Assembly: GCA_030324005.1 (NCBI GenBank)
Contig: JARDVH010000110.1
Coordinates: 52,470,340 to 52,534,339 of the forward strand
Direction: 5' to 3'
DNA from: Negaprion brevirostris
Taxonomy: Eukaryota
DNA length: 64,000 bases
The notes beneath the pieces were generated by a model. It saw nothing but the letters and a program-made list of their open reading frames with translations. It searched no databases and was not told where the DNA came from. Position numbers and translations under genes: made by a program. Of this stretch, positions 1 through 32,025 are shown piece by piece; positions within the stretch are counted from its first letter, which is position 1; every line of letters begins with the position of its first letter.

Positions 1-340
1 AGATCAGCTAGATAGTCAATATCTTTTCCCAAAAGTAGGGGAGTCTAAAACTAGAGGGCATAGGTTTAAGGTGAGAGCGGGGAGGTACAAAAGTGTCCAG
101 AGGAGCAATTTTTTCACACAGCAAGCGGTGAGTATACAGAACAAGCTGCCAGAGTTGGTAGAGGCGGGTACAGTTTTGTCTTTTAAAAAGCACTTGGACA
201 GTTACATGGGTAAGATGGGTATAGAGAGATATGGCCAAATGTGGGCAATTGGGATTAGGTTACGGGTTTAAAAAAAGGGCAGCATAGACAAGTTGGGCCA
301 AAGGGACTGTTTCCATGCTGTAAACCTTTATGACTCTATA
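1..340 (+). mobile_element. CR1-type LINE 3' end (ORF2 C-terminus and tail)
   Basis: Translates to LFPKVGESKTRGHRFKVR...NFFTQ...NKLPE...FKKHLD, the CR1 TRGH motif, followed by the ggccaaaggg..tgtttccatgctgta tail. Confidence 0.9.
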
Positions 341-624
341 GTCAAGACAAAGAATTAATTGTTCAGATAATCATTTATATCACCTCAAATCTGACATTAA
401 CATTTCCAGTAAAGTAGCTTCTGATGGAGCCTGCACTGCTAGAACTCCTCCCTAATGCAAGCATTCATTTATACACCCTTGATAGAAAGCTGGGGCAGAT
501 TACCATATGCACTTATGGAAGAATGAGAGTTTCTAGTAAACGTAAAAATTTTAAGTTAAGCATATCATAAATTAATATGGTTTATTTCATTACTAGTGCA
601 TTGCTTAAATATTTGTCCATTTGA

Positions 625-835
625 GGGTTAGTTAGCTCAGTTGGCTGGGCAGCTGCTTCATGGTGTAGAGTGATGCCAACAGCATGGGTTCAATTCCTGT
701 ATTGGCTGAGGTTACTCATGAAGGCTCCAGCTTCTCAATCTTGCCCCTCACCTGAGGTGTGGTGATCCTCAGGTTAAATTGCTGCTAGTCAGTTCTCCCC
801 CTCAAAGGGAAGAACATCCTATTATTGTCTAGGAA
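625..835 (+). mobile_element. tRNA-derived SINE (decayed)
   Basis: Box A-like tagctcagttgg and box B-like gggttcaattcc at tRNA-like spacing, followed by a non-tRNA body. Confidence 0.7.
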
Positions 836-974
836 CGTTTATCAAAAGATGTTTTCATTACAAAATTATAATAGTTTGAAAATGAAACAAGATATCCTAA
901 TCTTATTCTTAAGAAACCTTAACTTTTATATTTGATTCCAGCATTAGAGTAAGTATAAGGTGTTTTATTCCAGG

Positions 975-1672
975 TATGATTCTCGGGACCACCAGGAAGC
1001 TTTTATCAAAACAAACTTTATTTAAGAACACTGTTTGAATATAACAAAAAGAATTAGCATAATATTTACCAATTAAAATTAACTATTGCTCTAATTTAGC
1101 AGAATCCCCCATAGGCATAAATCCCTTCCTTAGAAGCAGTTAGCACAGAAACCAAAATGCTTTCATGGGTACTGGATTTTTGGCCTTTTAACAACCCTGG
1201 AGAGTGATCCAGACAGATACTTTTGTCCTAATTTACATGCAGCAAACTCCAGAGAAACTTTCAACCCCAAACCGTAGAATCTCAGAGGAAGAGATTTATT
1301 TCCTAGCAGATTCCAGTCTCCAGACCTCAGACAGAGCAAGAGATACAGAGAAAGTGACTTCTCCTTTAAGACCCCAAGAAGCAGACCTCCTTGAGTTCTC
1401 TTTGAAAGCCCAGCTGTACTCAGTTGTATGATCTTCCCTGTCAATCAACCTAATCAAGCCCTACTCTGTAATATCCCAGGGGAAATACAGAACAACAGAA
1501 TTCTGCATTAGCTCAGTTCAAAGCAAACATTGTAACAATCAAGATCAATTATGCTGCTGCAGTAACAATGCAGTGACATTGATTCCATATAACATGGCTC
1601 CGAGTGCATAGATCAGATCCTGTACAGGAAACTTGACTAAAATATATTTCTTAAAGACACAGTATTATCACA
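975..1672 (-). mobile_element. Probable solo LTR
   Basis: On the minus strand it begins TGTGATAATACTGTGTCTTTAAG and ends ...TCATA (imperfect TGTGA/TCACA termini), with AATAAA near the 3' end. No TSD seen. Confidence 0.4.
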
Positions 1673-2454
1673 TTGGAAACAATGAAATAGAAAGAATGAT
1701 TATTGGTGAGAAGTATTTGGTTTCAGTGTGATTCCACACTCAGAATCAACTGAAATCAGAATAAACATAGATTTTATTAACAGTAGGCTCAATAACACAA
1801 CCATTACACATGAAGTCAACTCCCCAACCAATAAATCTATCATTAAAGCTTAAACTGGCAAAAGTGTCACATAGGAACTGTGATCCAAAACATCCAATTT
1901 TCATCTCATCCTTTATTAAGTCTATCTTATCTCCATTGTCTTGCTCAATATACTGACTTCAAAATTTATGTTCCCTCCTTCATAAATGTTGTGCCTTGAC
2001 CCCCACTCTTCCTCTGTAACCCTTTTCAAGCTATGTACCCCATCTTACATCCTCTGCTATAGTGAAATGCTCCTCATTGTGCATTCTGCAGCCCTCCTCA
2101 CCAGTGAAGCCAGAGCCTTAAATGATTATGCCCTTCAGCATAATCCTCTCTCCTAAAATCCTCTCTCACATCATTTGCCTCACCTAAACAAAACCTCCAC
2201 AAAACCTGTCTTTGCAACCATGTCTAAGGCCACCATTCCTGGTTTCTGTTCAGTGTTTGCTCAGCATTTTGTGGAGTACCTTGAGATGTTTTACAATTTG
2301 TATATCATTCTTTTCTTCAGTCCTGCAACAGAAATTATTGTGCCCTTAGAGTGCTCCTAGACAACTTAAGATGCAGCCTATTCCTAGAAGGGCTTCAGAG
2401 AAACTTGAACAAAAGTGCCTTGATAAATAAATCATAGACCAAATACAATGTCTG

Positions 2455-2750
2455 TTGAATAACTCACCTCCCGATGCCCCAAAGCCTATCCATCATCTAC
2501 AAAAGGCAAGTCAGGAGTGTCATGGAATTCTCTCCACTTGAGTGCAGCTCCAATAAAAATCAAGAAACTCAACACCATGTAGCACAAAGTAGCCGTTTGA
2601 TTGGCAGTCCATGTACCACCTTGAACATTCTCTCAATCTGTTACCAAGGCATCATGGTAGCAGTGTGTATACAATATGCACTGCAGCAACTCACCAAGGC
2701 TCCTGGGACAGCACCTTCAAAACTTACGTTTCTTACCACCTTTAAGGATT
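2455..2750 (+). mobile_element. Non-LTR retrotransposon RT C-terminal fragment (CR1/L2-group family)
   Basis: PQSLSIIYKRQVRSVMEFSPL motif. The same family occurs at 40590-41260 (+) and at 25340-25620, 30704-30910, 39325-39450 and 61975-62170 (-). Confidence 0.75.
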
Positions 2751-2914
2751 TGGTTACCTGATCAGCCTGTGATGTTATGGGCTACTTCACGGGCTTGGTT
2801 CAGTGTAAATCCAACTACTGCGGAGTACACTGCAACCAGATAAACCTGTTTTATTGTTACACCCGAAACCCAAGTGCTACTACTTTCTATTCCTTTATCC
2901 TGCAATAGAATATA

Positions 2915-3040
2915 GTGGGCGGGCTTTTACAGCCTCGCTCAACCCAAGACCAGAAAATCCTGCCCAAGGTCGATGAACATTTCCACTGTTTGTCCCTCAC
3001 CTGCTCTGATTCTGTGGCGATTGGGGCAATAGAATTCTGG
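2915..3040. mobile_element. MITE (Harbinger-like TIR family) inserted in the 5' LTR
   Basis: gggcgggcttttacagcc...aaaatcctgcccaaggtc...agaattctggc. Related copies at 5268-5401, 9982-10107, 13280-13405, 13583-13680, 29428-29551, 29935-30070 and 38772-38900. Confidence 0.7.
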
Positions 3041-3080
3041 CAGGTATATTTATACAAATATAACAGGATCAAAAGAAAAC

Positions 3081-3092
3081 TGGTGACGAGGA
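3081..3092 (+). other. Primer-binding site, tRNA-Ser(GCU)-like
   Basis: TGGTGACGAGGA is TGGCGACGAGGA (complement of the tRNA-Ser(GCU) 3' end plus CCA) with one CpG transition, just after the 5' LTR. Confidence 0.7.
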
Positions 3093-6000
3093 GCAAATAT
3101 TAATTCTTAAACTAAAAAACAGGAAGAATCAAAATAGCACTTACCATTGGAAAACAGCGGGAAGTCCGACATGGACAAAATCAACAATAGGCTAAGCAAG
3201 AGCACCAAATATTTGACCAGTCAGGTTTTGTGCAGAAAAGAAGGTCCCCAGTTATACAGACACTCTGAGGGAGAGTTGCAGAGTTTGTCATTTGTACCAT
3301 TAGAATAGGCACAGACGTAGAATTGGAGAGAAAAGATTTTTGCACTACAGTAAGTCTTTGAATAAAAATAAATGCTACAGTTGGCTCACACTGCCATTGA
3401 ATTGAAACCATTTTCCACCAAAGGTGCTGTTACGCAGCTTACAATGCTAGTGAAAAATTATTGAAAATGTTGGTGCCATTGTGCCATTCAAGGAAGAATC
3501 TAAGAATTGAAAGTCTTAGATAGAAAGATTTCACTGTTATATCCAAGCCAGTAAAATAACCAGTGATATTTTAGTCCCTGTTTTCCTAAGCACTGTTGGC
3601 AGTAAAACTTTTCATTTACTCAGGAGCTTGGTTGAACCTGACAAACCTGGTCGAAAACACATCAAGAATTAACCAGAATTTTAGAAGATCATTATGTCGC
3701 AAGACCATTGACCATAGTGAAGTGTTTTTCATTTATTGAAAAGAATCAGCTTGATGGAGAAATTATCACGCAGTTTCTCATCCTGAAATGCCTCACAGAG
3801 CATTGTGAATTTGGTGACTCTTTGGATGAAACTATTTGAGACAGACTCAGCTCTGGCCTTAGAAATAAAGCTGTACTCAAAGACTATTAGTGGAACAGAA
3901 TTTAGGGTTAAAAACAGCCTTGGGGATAGCCATTTCAATGGAGCTTGCCGTAAAAGAGTTTTCACAGCTAGGAATGGCAAGAGGATCTTTAACATGGGTG
4001 CCACCCAGAGTAAGTCTACACAGCAACAAGTGTGCCATCGCTGGACAAACATGGACTGAGTGATGGAGCAAAAACAGACAATGCCAAATTTGTGCCAAGG
4101 TTGGTTACATAGCCAGGGCTTGCTGGAAGGAACCAACTTCTGCAGTAAAGAGTGTCTCTAAAAACAATCATATGCCAAAGAAAAATAAAACAAATTTCAC
4201 CAAAGTAATTTATAAGACTGAAGAAAAACACAACAAGATAAATGAAGACCCTACACACAAGTTTAATGAAGAATTAAAGCTGTACGTATTAGCTATTCAG
4301 ATGAATCGCACCGATTTTGGCTAATTCCAAAATTGAATGGGAAATCAATCAAAATGGAAGTACACAAGGGTGCTGCTGTTTCCCTAATTCTTGAGACACC
4401 TACAAACAACACCTGATGGATCTAACCTTAAAACCAACAAATGTTATCCTGAGGATCTACTCAAAAACTAGTGCCTCTCAGAGGATACATCACTGTCATA
4501 GAGCTAAGTGGGCAAACCATGAAGCTGCCACTCCATGTCGCTCAAGGAAACTTTCCAGTTGTCATTGGCCATTCTTGGCTAGAGAAGTAGAAGTTGAATT
4601 GGAATGCAGTGAACGGATTAGTGGATTCTAGAAGAAACTTAGAAAGCATCTTGGAAAAATACAGTAGTGTATTCAAAGATACACTGGGATCAATGAAAGG
4701 AATTCATTCAGTGTCATTCAAGATTAAACTANNNNNNNNNNNNNNNNNNNNNNNNNNNNNNNNNNNNNNNNNNNNNNNNNNNNNNNNNNNNNNNNNNNNN
4801 NNNNNNNNNNNNNNNNNNNNNNNNNNNNNNNNNNNNNNNNNNNNNNNNNNNNNNNNNNNNNNNNNNNNNNNNNNNNNNNNNNNNNNNNNNNNNNNNNNNN
4901 NNNNNNNNNNNNNNNNNNNNNNNNNNNNNNNNNNNNNNNNNNNNNNNNNNNNNNNNNNNNNNNNNNNNNNNNNNNNNNNNNNNNNNNNNNNNNNNNNNNN
5001 NNNNNNNNNNNATTGACTAGTCATAGACTTACCTGCAAATGAATGTTGCAACTAAATCTTGACACCTGCTTACCGTCATCACCCATAACGGCCTTTTCCA
5101 CCACAAACGATTACCTTCTGGAATTACGTCAGCTTTCTTTCAGCAGTTAATGAACTAGATTTTGAGCGGTCAACAATGTTATCTTGGTGACATCTTAATT
5201 ACGGGCTGAAATAAACAAGAGCATTTCAGTAATCTAGAAACAATGTTCCAAAGTTTTTTGACATATGCACTGGAATTTTCCCATACCACCCACCACGGGA
5301 ATTGTAGTGGGGGGAAGGGGGTGCGGACTGTGCAAAGGTCCATTGACCTCGGGCAAGATGTTCCAGTCTTGGGGCGAGCGCAACCAGGAAATCCTACCCA
5401 TGGTGTGTCAGGAAAGATGAATGCAATTTCTTCCAGGCATCTATCCAATATCTAGACCAAATCAAACCTTTGGAAGCAAAGGTTTATACAAAGCACCTCA
5501 GAAGATGGAAACTATCATGGAAGTCCCATGGTCAACAAACGTAACACAACTGAGATCCCCCCTGGGGTTAATAAACTCTTATGGAAAGTTTTCTCAAATT
5601 TAGCAACGCTACTTAAACCACGTCATAACTTGTTATGCACTGAAGAAGCATGGCATTGGGCACCAAATTGTGAAAAGGCTTACAACACAGCCAAAGGAGT
5701 GCTGAAGAAGTCGGAAGTGTTGGTACATTTCAACCCGAGATTACTATGACAACTTGCCTGTGATGCATCACCACATAGAGTAGGTGTGTGGTGTCACACA
5801 TACTACTTCTGGAGAAGAAAGGCCAAGAAGAGAAAGATTTTTGCATTGCGTACCTTGACAAGACTGAATCAAACAATGCACAGTCGGAAAAAGAAGCACT
5901 GAGCTGTATTTCTGGATTAAGAAAGATCCATCAGTACCTTTTATGGTTATCATTTTACATTGTTGATGGACCACCGACCTTTAACAACCACCTTCGGGTC

Positions 6001-6312
6001 ATATAAAGGTATTCCATTGCTGAAAGCAGAATTCAGCAATAGGCATTGATACTGTCAGCTCATTCGTACTAAATCAAATATTGTCAGTCTGAAAGCTATG
6101 TCATTGCAGATGCACTGTCACATTTACCTTTGCCTGCAGAACACGCACCACCAAATAATGTTTCCGATATCTTCTACATTTTGCAAATAAGCAATGTCCC
6201 AATGACTGCTGCTAAAGTCTAGTGACATACCAGAAATAGTCCTGTAATGGGGAAGGCACTGGGAATGATATGAAAGGGAAAGAAAACGGGAACACATCCT
6301 GATTGAAAGCTA

Positions 6313-6521
6313 GAGGCGAGATTCTCCAGTCTCCCAGCCACGTGTTTCCCATTGCAGAGGTGGCACATTGTTTGCGTGTATTGGAACTCTCTGGTCCCGC
6401 CACTGTCAATGGGAATTCCCACTGATATCACCCCATGCCAGCGGGAAACCCACAGGTGAGGGTGTGCTTCCAGCAGGACCAGAGAATCCCACCAGTGTGA
6501 ATGGCCGGAGAATTCTGGCCC
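6313..6521. mobile_element. MITE, second related family, inserted in Gypsy pol
   Basis: TIR-like ends gaggcgagattctcc...ggagaattctggccc. Related copies at 16779-16985, 20520-20620, 30345-30445 and 38582-38770. Confidence 0.7.
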
Positions 6522-7832
6522 ATATATTTCCAGGAAATCTGAGTTGATAGTACAGGGCAGATGCCTGTTATAGGGGATCAGAAGAATAATTCCTCCAAAC
6601 TTGCAACACAGAGTATTGGAATAATATATGAAGGATAACCAGGTATAATTTGAATGAATGAATTTGCAAGAAGACACTTCTGTGACCTGGACTTGATACC
6701 CAAATCAAGGGAAAAAATCAATTGTGCCAATCAAGGTACACACTGTTGTTGTCCCCATTGCATTCATAGGTGTGGCCTAAAATGCCTTGGCACTATTTAC
6801 AAATGGACTTTGTGGGTTCATACGAAGGGCACATGTTTATTCTCATTCGTTTCATTGATGCCCACTCAAAGTGGCCAGAAGTGGTCATAATGAAGTCAAC
6901 AATGGCAGAACAAACTATTGAAAAGCTCTATGAGATTTTCAGCAGATTTAGGAATCCAGAACAAATCATAAATGGTAACGGACCACAATTCCCAGCTTAA
7001 TAGTTTAAAACTATCTAAGGAAGAGTGGTATCCAACACTGGGAATCAGTACCATACCATCCTTCCACGAATAGTTTAGCCAAAAGATTCATCCGTCCTTT
7101 AAGTGTGCACTGAAAGCCTCCAAGAACTAAGGTTCATTAAATTGTCATCTACACAGTTGGTGACGTATTGCAACACCACACAAGCGACAACACAAACTTC
7201 ACCAACTATACTACTCATGAAGAGGAAGTTGAGAAATGCTTTTGATTTACTCATACTGCAGAAGACGTCTGAAATCACAGAATGTAATCAACAGTCACAA
7301 ATGGGAAGTTAATTCAAAACAATGCCTCTTTCAGCAAGGAGAGCAAGTTTTGGTGCGCAGTTATATCACCAATGAGAAGTGAGTTCCGGCAAGTTTCTTG
7401 GCTCAACCTGTTCCAATCTGATATACTGTACAAATGGAAGATGAGCTAGTTTGGTGACAACACACAGTTATTGGCTACACGCACCAATGTGTTTTCACCA
7501 TCAATACCAGAATTACCCCAGGCTGTATTACCTTTCTCTCCACCAGAAACTGTAACTGTGACTTTGGATCAAAAGCTGACCCTGAGATTACTGATGAATC
7601 AATTGCTATTAGTCTACCTTCTGCTGAAGAGACTGTTGCACCTTCCAGGGTGGAAACACCTACTACAAACCCTGAGAGTGCCTCAGATTTTTGAAGCGCC
7701 TAAGTATCCAGTGTGGAACAGATGCTCCCAGATCATTTTGTTTATTAACTATGTTAAAGTTACTGTGTAATGATAACTTGCTTACTAATGTAAGGATATC
7801 ATAGTTATTCATCGTCGTGGAACCTTAGAAGT

Positions 7833-7845
7833 AAAGGGGGAAGGA
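7833..7845 (+). other. Polypurine tract preceding the 3' LTR
   Basis: AAAGGGGGAAGGA immediately followed by TGTTG. Confidence 0.8.
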
Positions 7846-8365
7846 TGTTGCACATTAAAATTAATATGTGTTGCATGGTCCATTTAAGTATTGAACCATG
7901 TTGTTAGCCTGTGACATCATCGTCGATTTTGTGGGCTTTATTCAGTCTAGATCCAGTTGCTGTGGAGTACACAGGTACCGAAAAACCTGTTGTTAGACCC
8001 AAAACCCATGTGCTATCACTTTCCATCCTCTTATCCTCAACAGTTGTTACAATCATATCCCTACATACCTAGTATTAACTCGTGCAAGATGTGTCTGTAT
8101 GTACTTCAGGACCACACAAGAGCTGTAAATCTGGTGACAGATGGCTAAAGAGGTATAAAGAGGACTCTGGCTACCTACATTAAAGAAGACCATGCTGGGT
8201 GCTCTTTTCTACATTCTGACTCTGTATCTGGTAGAGACATGCAGAGCCTGATACAGATCTTGTATTTTCAGTTGGAAAATGCAACTTGTTCAATTGGAAA
8301 TTATCTGAATCACCCTCAAATCGGTATGGTTGCAAAGGAAATGTGAGGCTGCTGAAATAGATATA

Positions 8366-9082
8366 GGGTGGGATTTTACTATATTTTGTTCAAGTGCTGG
8401 GCGGACTTGAAACTGGGAGAGTTTCAGAGCCGTCTTTGGGGCATGTTTTTAGACCTCCCCCACGTGCACACTGCTGGCAAAATTCTAAGCAAACCTGTTG
8501 CTCGCTGCAGAAGCCTGTGGGTGGGGCTTAACGTGCCTAAAAGGCTGCAGAAGGAGGTACTGCACCTGTGCAGGCCTCTCTTGCTGCACATGCGCACTAA
8601 CAGTAGCAAGGGTCTGACAGACAAAGAGCTATCAGGCCCCTGATAGTGCAGGCAGCCTGCAGCAACTCACACCCCCACCCCCCACCCCAGGTGCCAGGGT
8701 GGCACTACTACTCTGTCACTGCCCAAGGAGCACCTCCCTTGCTCTCGGCCTCCCCGGGGTGGCCTCAGTGGCTTCCAGTTGCACTGGTGAGGCCAAGTCC
8801 ACTAGAGAGCCTGTCTGTTTCTTGCTAGTGAGATCATAAAGGTGGGTGGGCCCGGACGATTGTGCGCCGGGCGCGTTAATGACATGTAAATGCTTATTTA
8901 AATAAATGTCAGTAAATTAACCTGCTTCCCATCCATTTCCACTGAGAAGCTGACTGCACTGGGAATCTGGAGCTCATAAAATGGTGCCGGTCATGAAAAC
9001 CCGGTGCCAATTGCGCTAAGAGCTTTACACCCCACTTTACAACCGCATAAATGGTTGCAACGCAGTGGTAAACTTCCAGCCA
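8366..9082 (+). mobile_element. Non-autonomous DNA transposon (Harbinger-like termini)
   Basis: Ends gggtgggattttac...gtaaacttccagcc. The terminal aagtgctgggcggacttgaaactggg is shared, inverted, with 55130-55199. Confidence 0.65.
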
Positions 9083-9229
9083 CTGTGTCAGTAGTGTTGT
9101 AAGACATCATTGTACAATGCATTTTAAAAGAAGACCAAACTCATTTTGAAACCAAATCTCAGCCAGCTTTTACCAATCAGTCAGTTCATTCCTGTACATA
9201 AAACAATCATTGCATGATGCTCAAATCAC

Positions 9230-9890
9230 ATGGAGATGGTAGTGTGGTGGTAATGTATTTGGAATGGTAATCTGGAGGATAATTAATTCTCTGGAGACAC
9301 AGGTTCAAATGACTGACGGAATTTAAATTAAATTAATAATCTTGGAATTGAAAGCTTGCCTCAGTAATGGTGACCATGCCAACTATCATCGATTGTTGCA
9401 AAAACCCATCTGTTTCACTAATGCCCTTTAGGGAAGGAAATTTCCTTGTCTCTCCTATATGTTTTAAGGTTTATTTATTAGTGTCACAAATAGACTTACA
9501 TTGATACTGCAATGAAGTTACTGCAAAAATCCCTTAGTCGCTACACTCCGGCACTTGTTAGGTACACCGAGGGAGACTATAGCATGACCAATGCACCAGT
9601 ATGTCTTTTGAACCGTGGGACGAAACCAGAACACCTGGAGGAAATCCATGAGACAAAGGGAGAACCTGCAGATCCCACACAGACGGTGACCCAAGCTGGG
9701 AATTGAACCCAGGTCTCTGGCACCGTGAGGCAGTAATGCAAACTGCTGTGCCGCTGACTCCAGTAATGTGATTGAGTCTCAACTGCCCTCTTCAATGGCC
9801 TAGCAAGCCACTCAGTTCAAGAGACAGTTAGGGATGGGCAACAAATGTGGGCTTTGTCAGCAACACCCACATCCCACAATAGAGTAAAAA
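9230..9890 (+). mobile_element. tRNA-derived SINE split by a nested V-SINE
   Basis: Head ggagatggtagtgtggtgg, body ...cactaatgccctttagggaaggaaa, resumes at ~9756, tail gggatgggcaacaaatg. Other copies at 39066-39320 and 40155-40335. Confidence 0.7.
9468..9755 (-). mobile_element. HE1-like V-SINE
   Basis: Minus strand shows a tRNA head (ctgcctcacgg..ccagagacctgggttcaattcc) and a V-domain (ggatttcctccaggtgttctggtttc). Confidence 0.8.
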
Positions 9891-11496
9891 TAAAATAATT
9901 TTCTCACTCATTCATTCAGTAAAGCACAGCTCTCTGAACTGTATTCCCTGATATAATCTATCAGTTGTTCATTGTAACTGTGGACGGGATTCTATGGCCT
10001 TGCAAATCCCAAAACCGTAAAATCCCATCCAAGGTCAACGGAGCTTTACATGCTCCACCCTCCCCCTTTCCGATTCCTGTGGCAGGTGGGCTGGTAAAAT
10101 TCTGGCCTATCTCTTTTCATTGATAGGCATATGTTTAGGTGTTACTATTTGATCCTGATGGTCTGTCTTAATGATGATTCATGATGCATTGCAATTTTAC
10201 TAATGGCTGTTTACATGCCAAGCTCAAAATGTATGAATTTTGATCTCACTGAAGGCTACCAATCTTTTATATTAATGATTTATGTTGGTAGTTATATATT
10301 TTATAGAATCATAGAATCCCTACAGTGCAGAAGGAGGCCATTCGGCCCATTGAGTCTTCACCCAGCCATATATACTAGATGATTCCATGAAAGTGATACA
10401 TGAAAGATATATTACTTTTATTGTTTTGGACTATGTAACATATTATAAATTATCTTCTAACTCATAATAAAAATGTTTTTATTTCATTTCTAGTGCATAC
10501 AACAATTTATATTCGTGTAAACCACACTATATAATTTAGATTGAAACGTATCTAAAAATAATGGACCTTAATTTGATGTCAAAATAATAGTGTGGGTTAT
10601 GGCACTACCATTATTTATGTGTAATGAATTTAAGCAAGCGCCAGATACATTATATCCAAAATTTGCTATCTGAGTACATCGCAAAAACAATACCTTACTA
10701 CCTGTTTCAATGTTTAACTGCAGTGAATCATGTGAAGTTTCTGTATTTGGGCAACAGATACGAACTAAACTAGCTCTCGAAAGTTATATCTCATCCATTT
10801 CAGACTAAATACTGTGGTAATGACATGTGAAGTACTAAATACTGCCAATTAACCCCTCTGGTACTGCAACAAGTATACGATGCAATACACCATAACAAGT
10901 ATCAATTCTCATTCCTTGAACTTTTAATTGTTGTTAGAGATTATAAAAATGTAAAATTTTTCATTTCATTTTCTTAATCTTTATTTTTGGTCTCTTTTTC
11001 TCTCTCTCTCTTTCCTAATCTAATATTTCCTTCCCCACCCTATTCTCTTCTTTTTACCTGATTAGCAACAGATTTGACCAATTCGAGTTCATACTTCTCA
11101 ATCTTCGCATTATTATAGTCATTAAATGTAATTTTTTTGACGGGATATCCCATGAGTTGCCCTGTTCACTTAAACCCCTTGCTGCATCATTAGCAACTTG
11201 AACTTTCAGGAACTTTCTACGCAAAAAACAAAGCCTAAACATACAAGAGCAATTCAAACCAATGACAGACATCGTTAGATACCCTGCATAGCAAATTAGC
11301 ATCCAATTATGTTTCTATTAATATCATATCACAGTGGTAAAACAATGAGACTAAACTGCTTGAGCTGATGTTTAGGAGCAATAGAATCACAAAAATATTC
11401 AACTAAATAAATGCAAATGTTTGAATTTATTAAGTATTAGAACTGATATTTATAATGGCATTCTACATTATTTTGGCTCTATTTATAATATATAAA

Positions 11497-11640
11497 GGAG
11501 AGAAATTTGCTCCATGTAGAGTCACTTTGAACAATGCTGCACAGATTTGCATTGAATTTCCAGGGGCAGGCAATGCCACAGGCTGAGCTGGGAGTTATCA
11601 GTGGCATTTGAAGTGACACTGTACAAACAAAAATCTCCCA
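11497..11640. repeat. Small imperfect palindromic MITE-like element
   Basis: Terminal ggagagaaatttg / caaaaatctccc and inner gtcactttgaa / ttgaagtgac inverted pairs. Confidence 0.45.
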
Positions 11641-11788
11641 ACAATGTCTTATCCTTGATCTATTTTTCCCCCCTGCAGTATTATTGTTATTATGCTATAT
11701 TTCTCTTTTCATAATGTATTTTGTCATTTTGCTGTTCTTACACTTGTTTATTGCACGTTAAAATCTTCTGTATAATTTCAATATCTGA

Positions 11789-32025
<20,237 letters not shown>

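Larger units (their letters stand above)
2760..8070 (+). mobile_element. Degenerate near-full-length Ty3/Gypsy LTR retrotransposon (intronic, sense)
   Basis: Diverged LTR pair (~2760-3065 and 7846-~8070; shared ...ggagtacac...aaacctgtt...aaaccca.gtgcta...). PBS at 3081. Gag-like IERFHCYIQAS...VFLSTVG (~3520), decayed protease (~4350), RT, RNaseH LACDASP (~5753) and integrase DFVGSYEG...DAHSKWPEV...NGPQF (6770-7000). Order is PR-RT-RH-IN, with many stops and frameshifts. Confidence 0.92.

Noticed and set aside
625-710. tRNA gene
   Set aside because: A and B boxes are present but there is no coherent cloverleaf, and the sequence continues into a SINE body. The same applies to all V-SINE heads.
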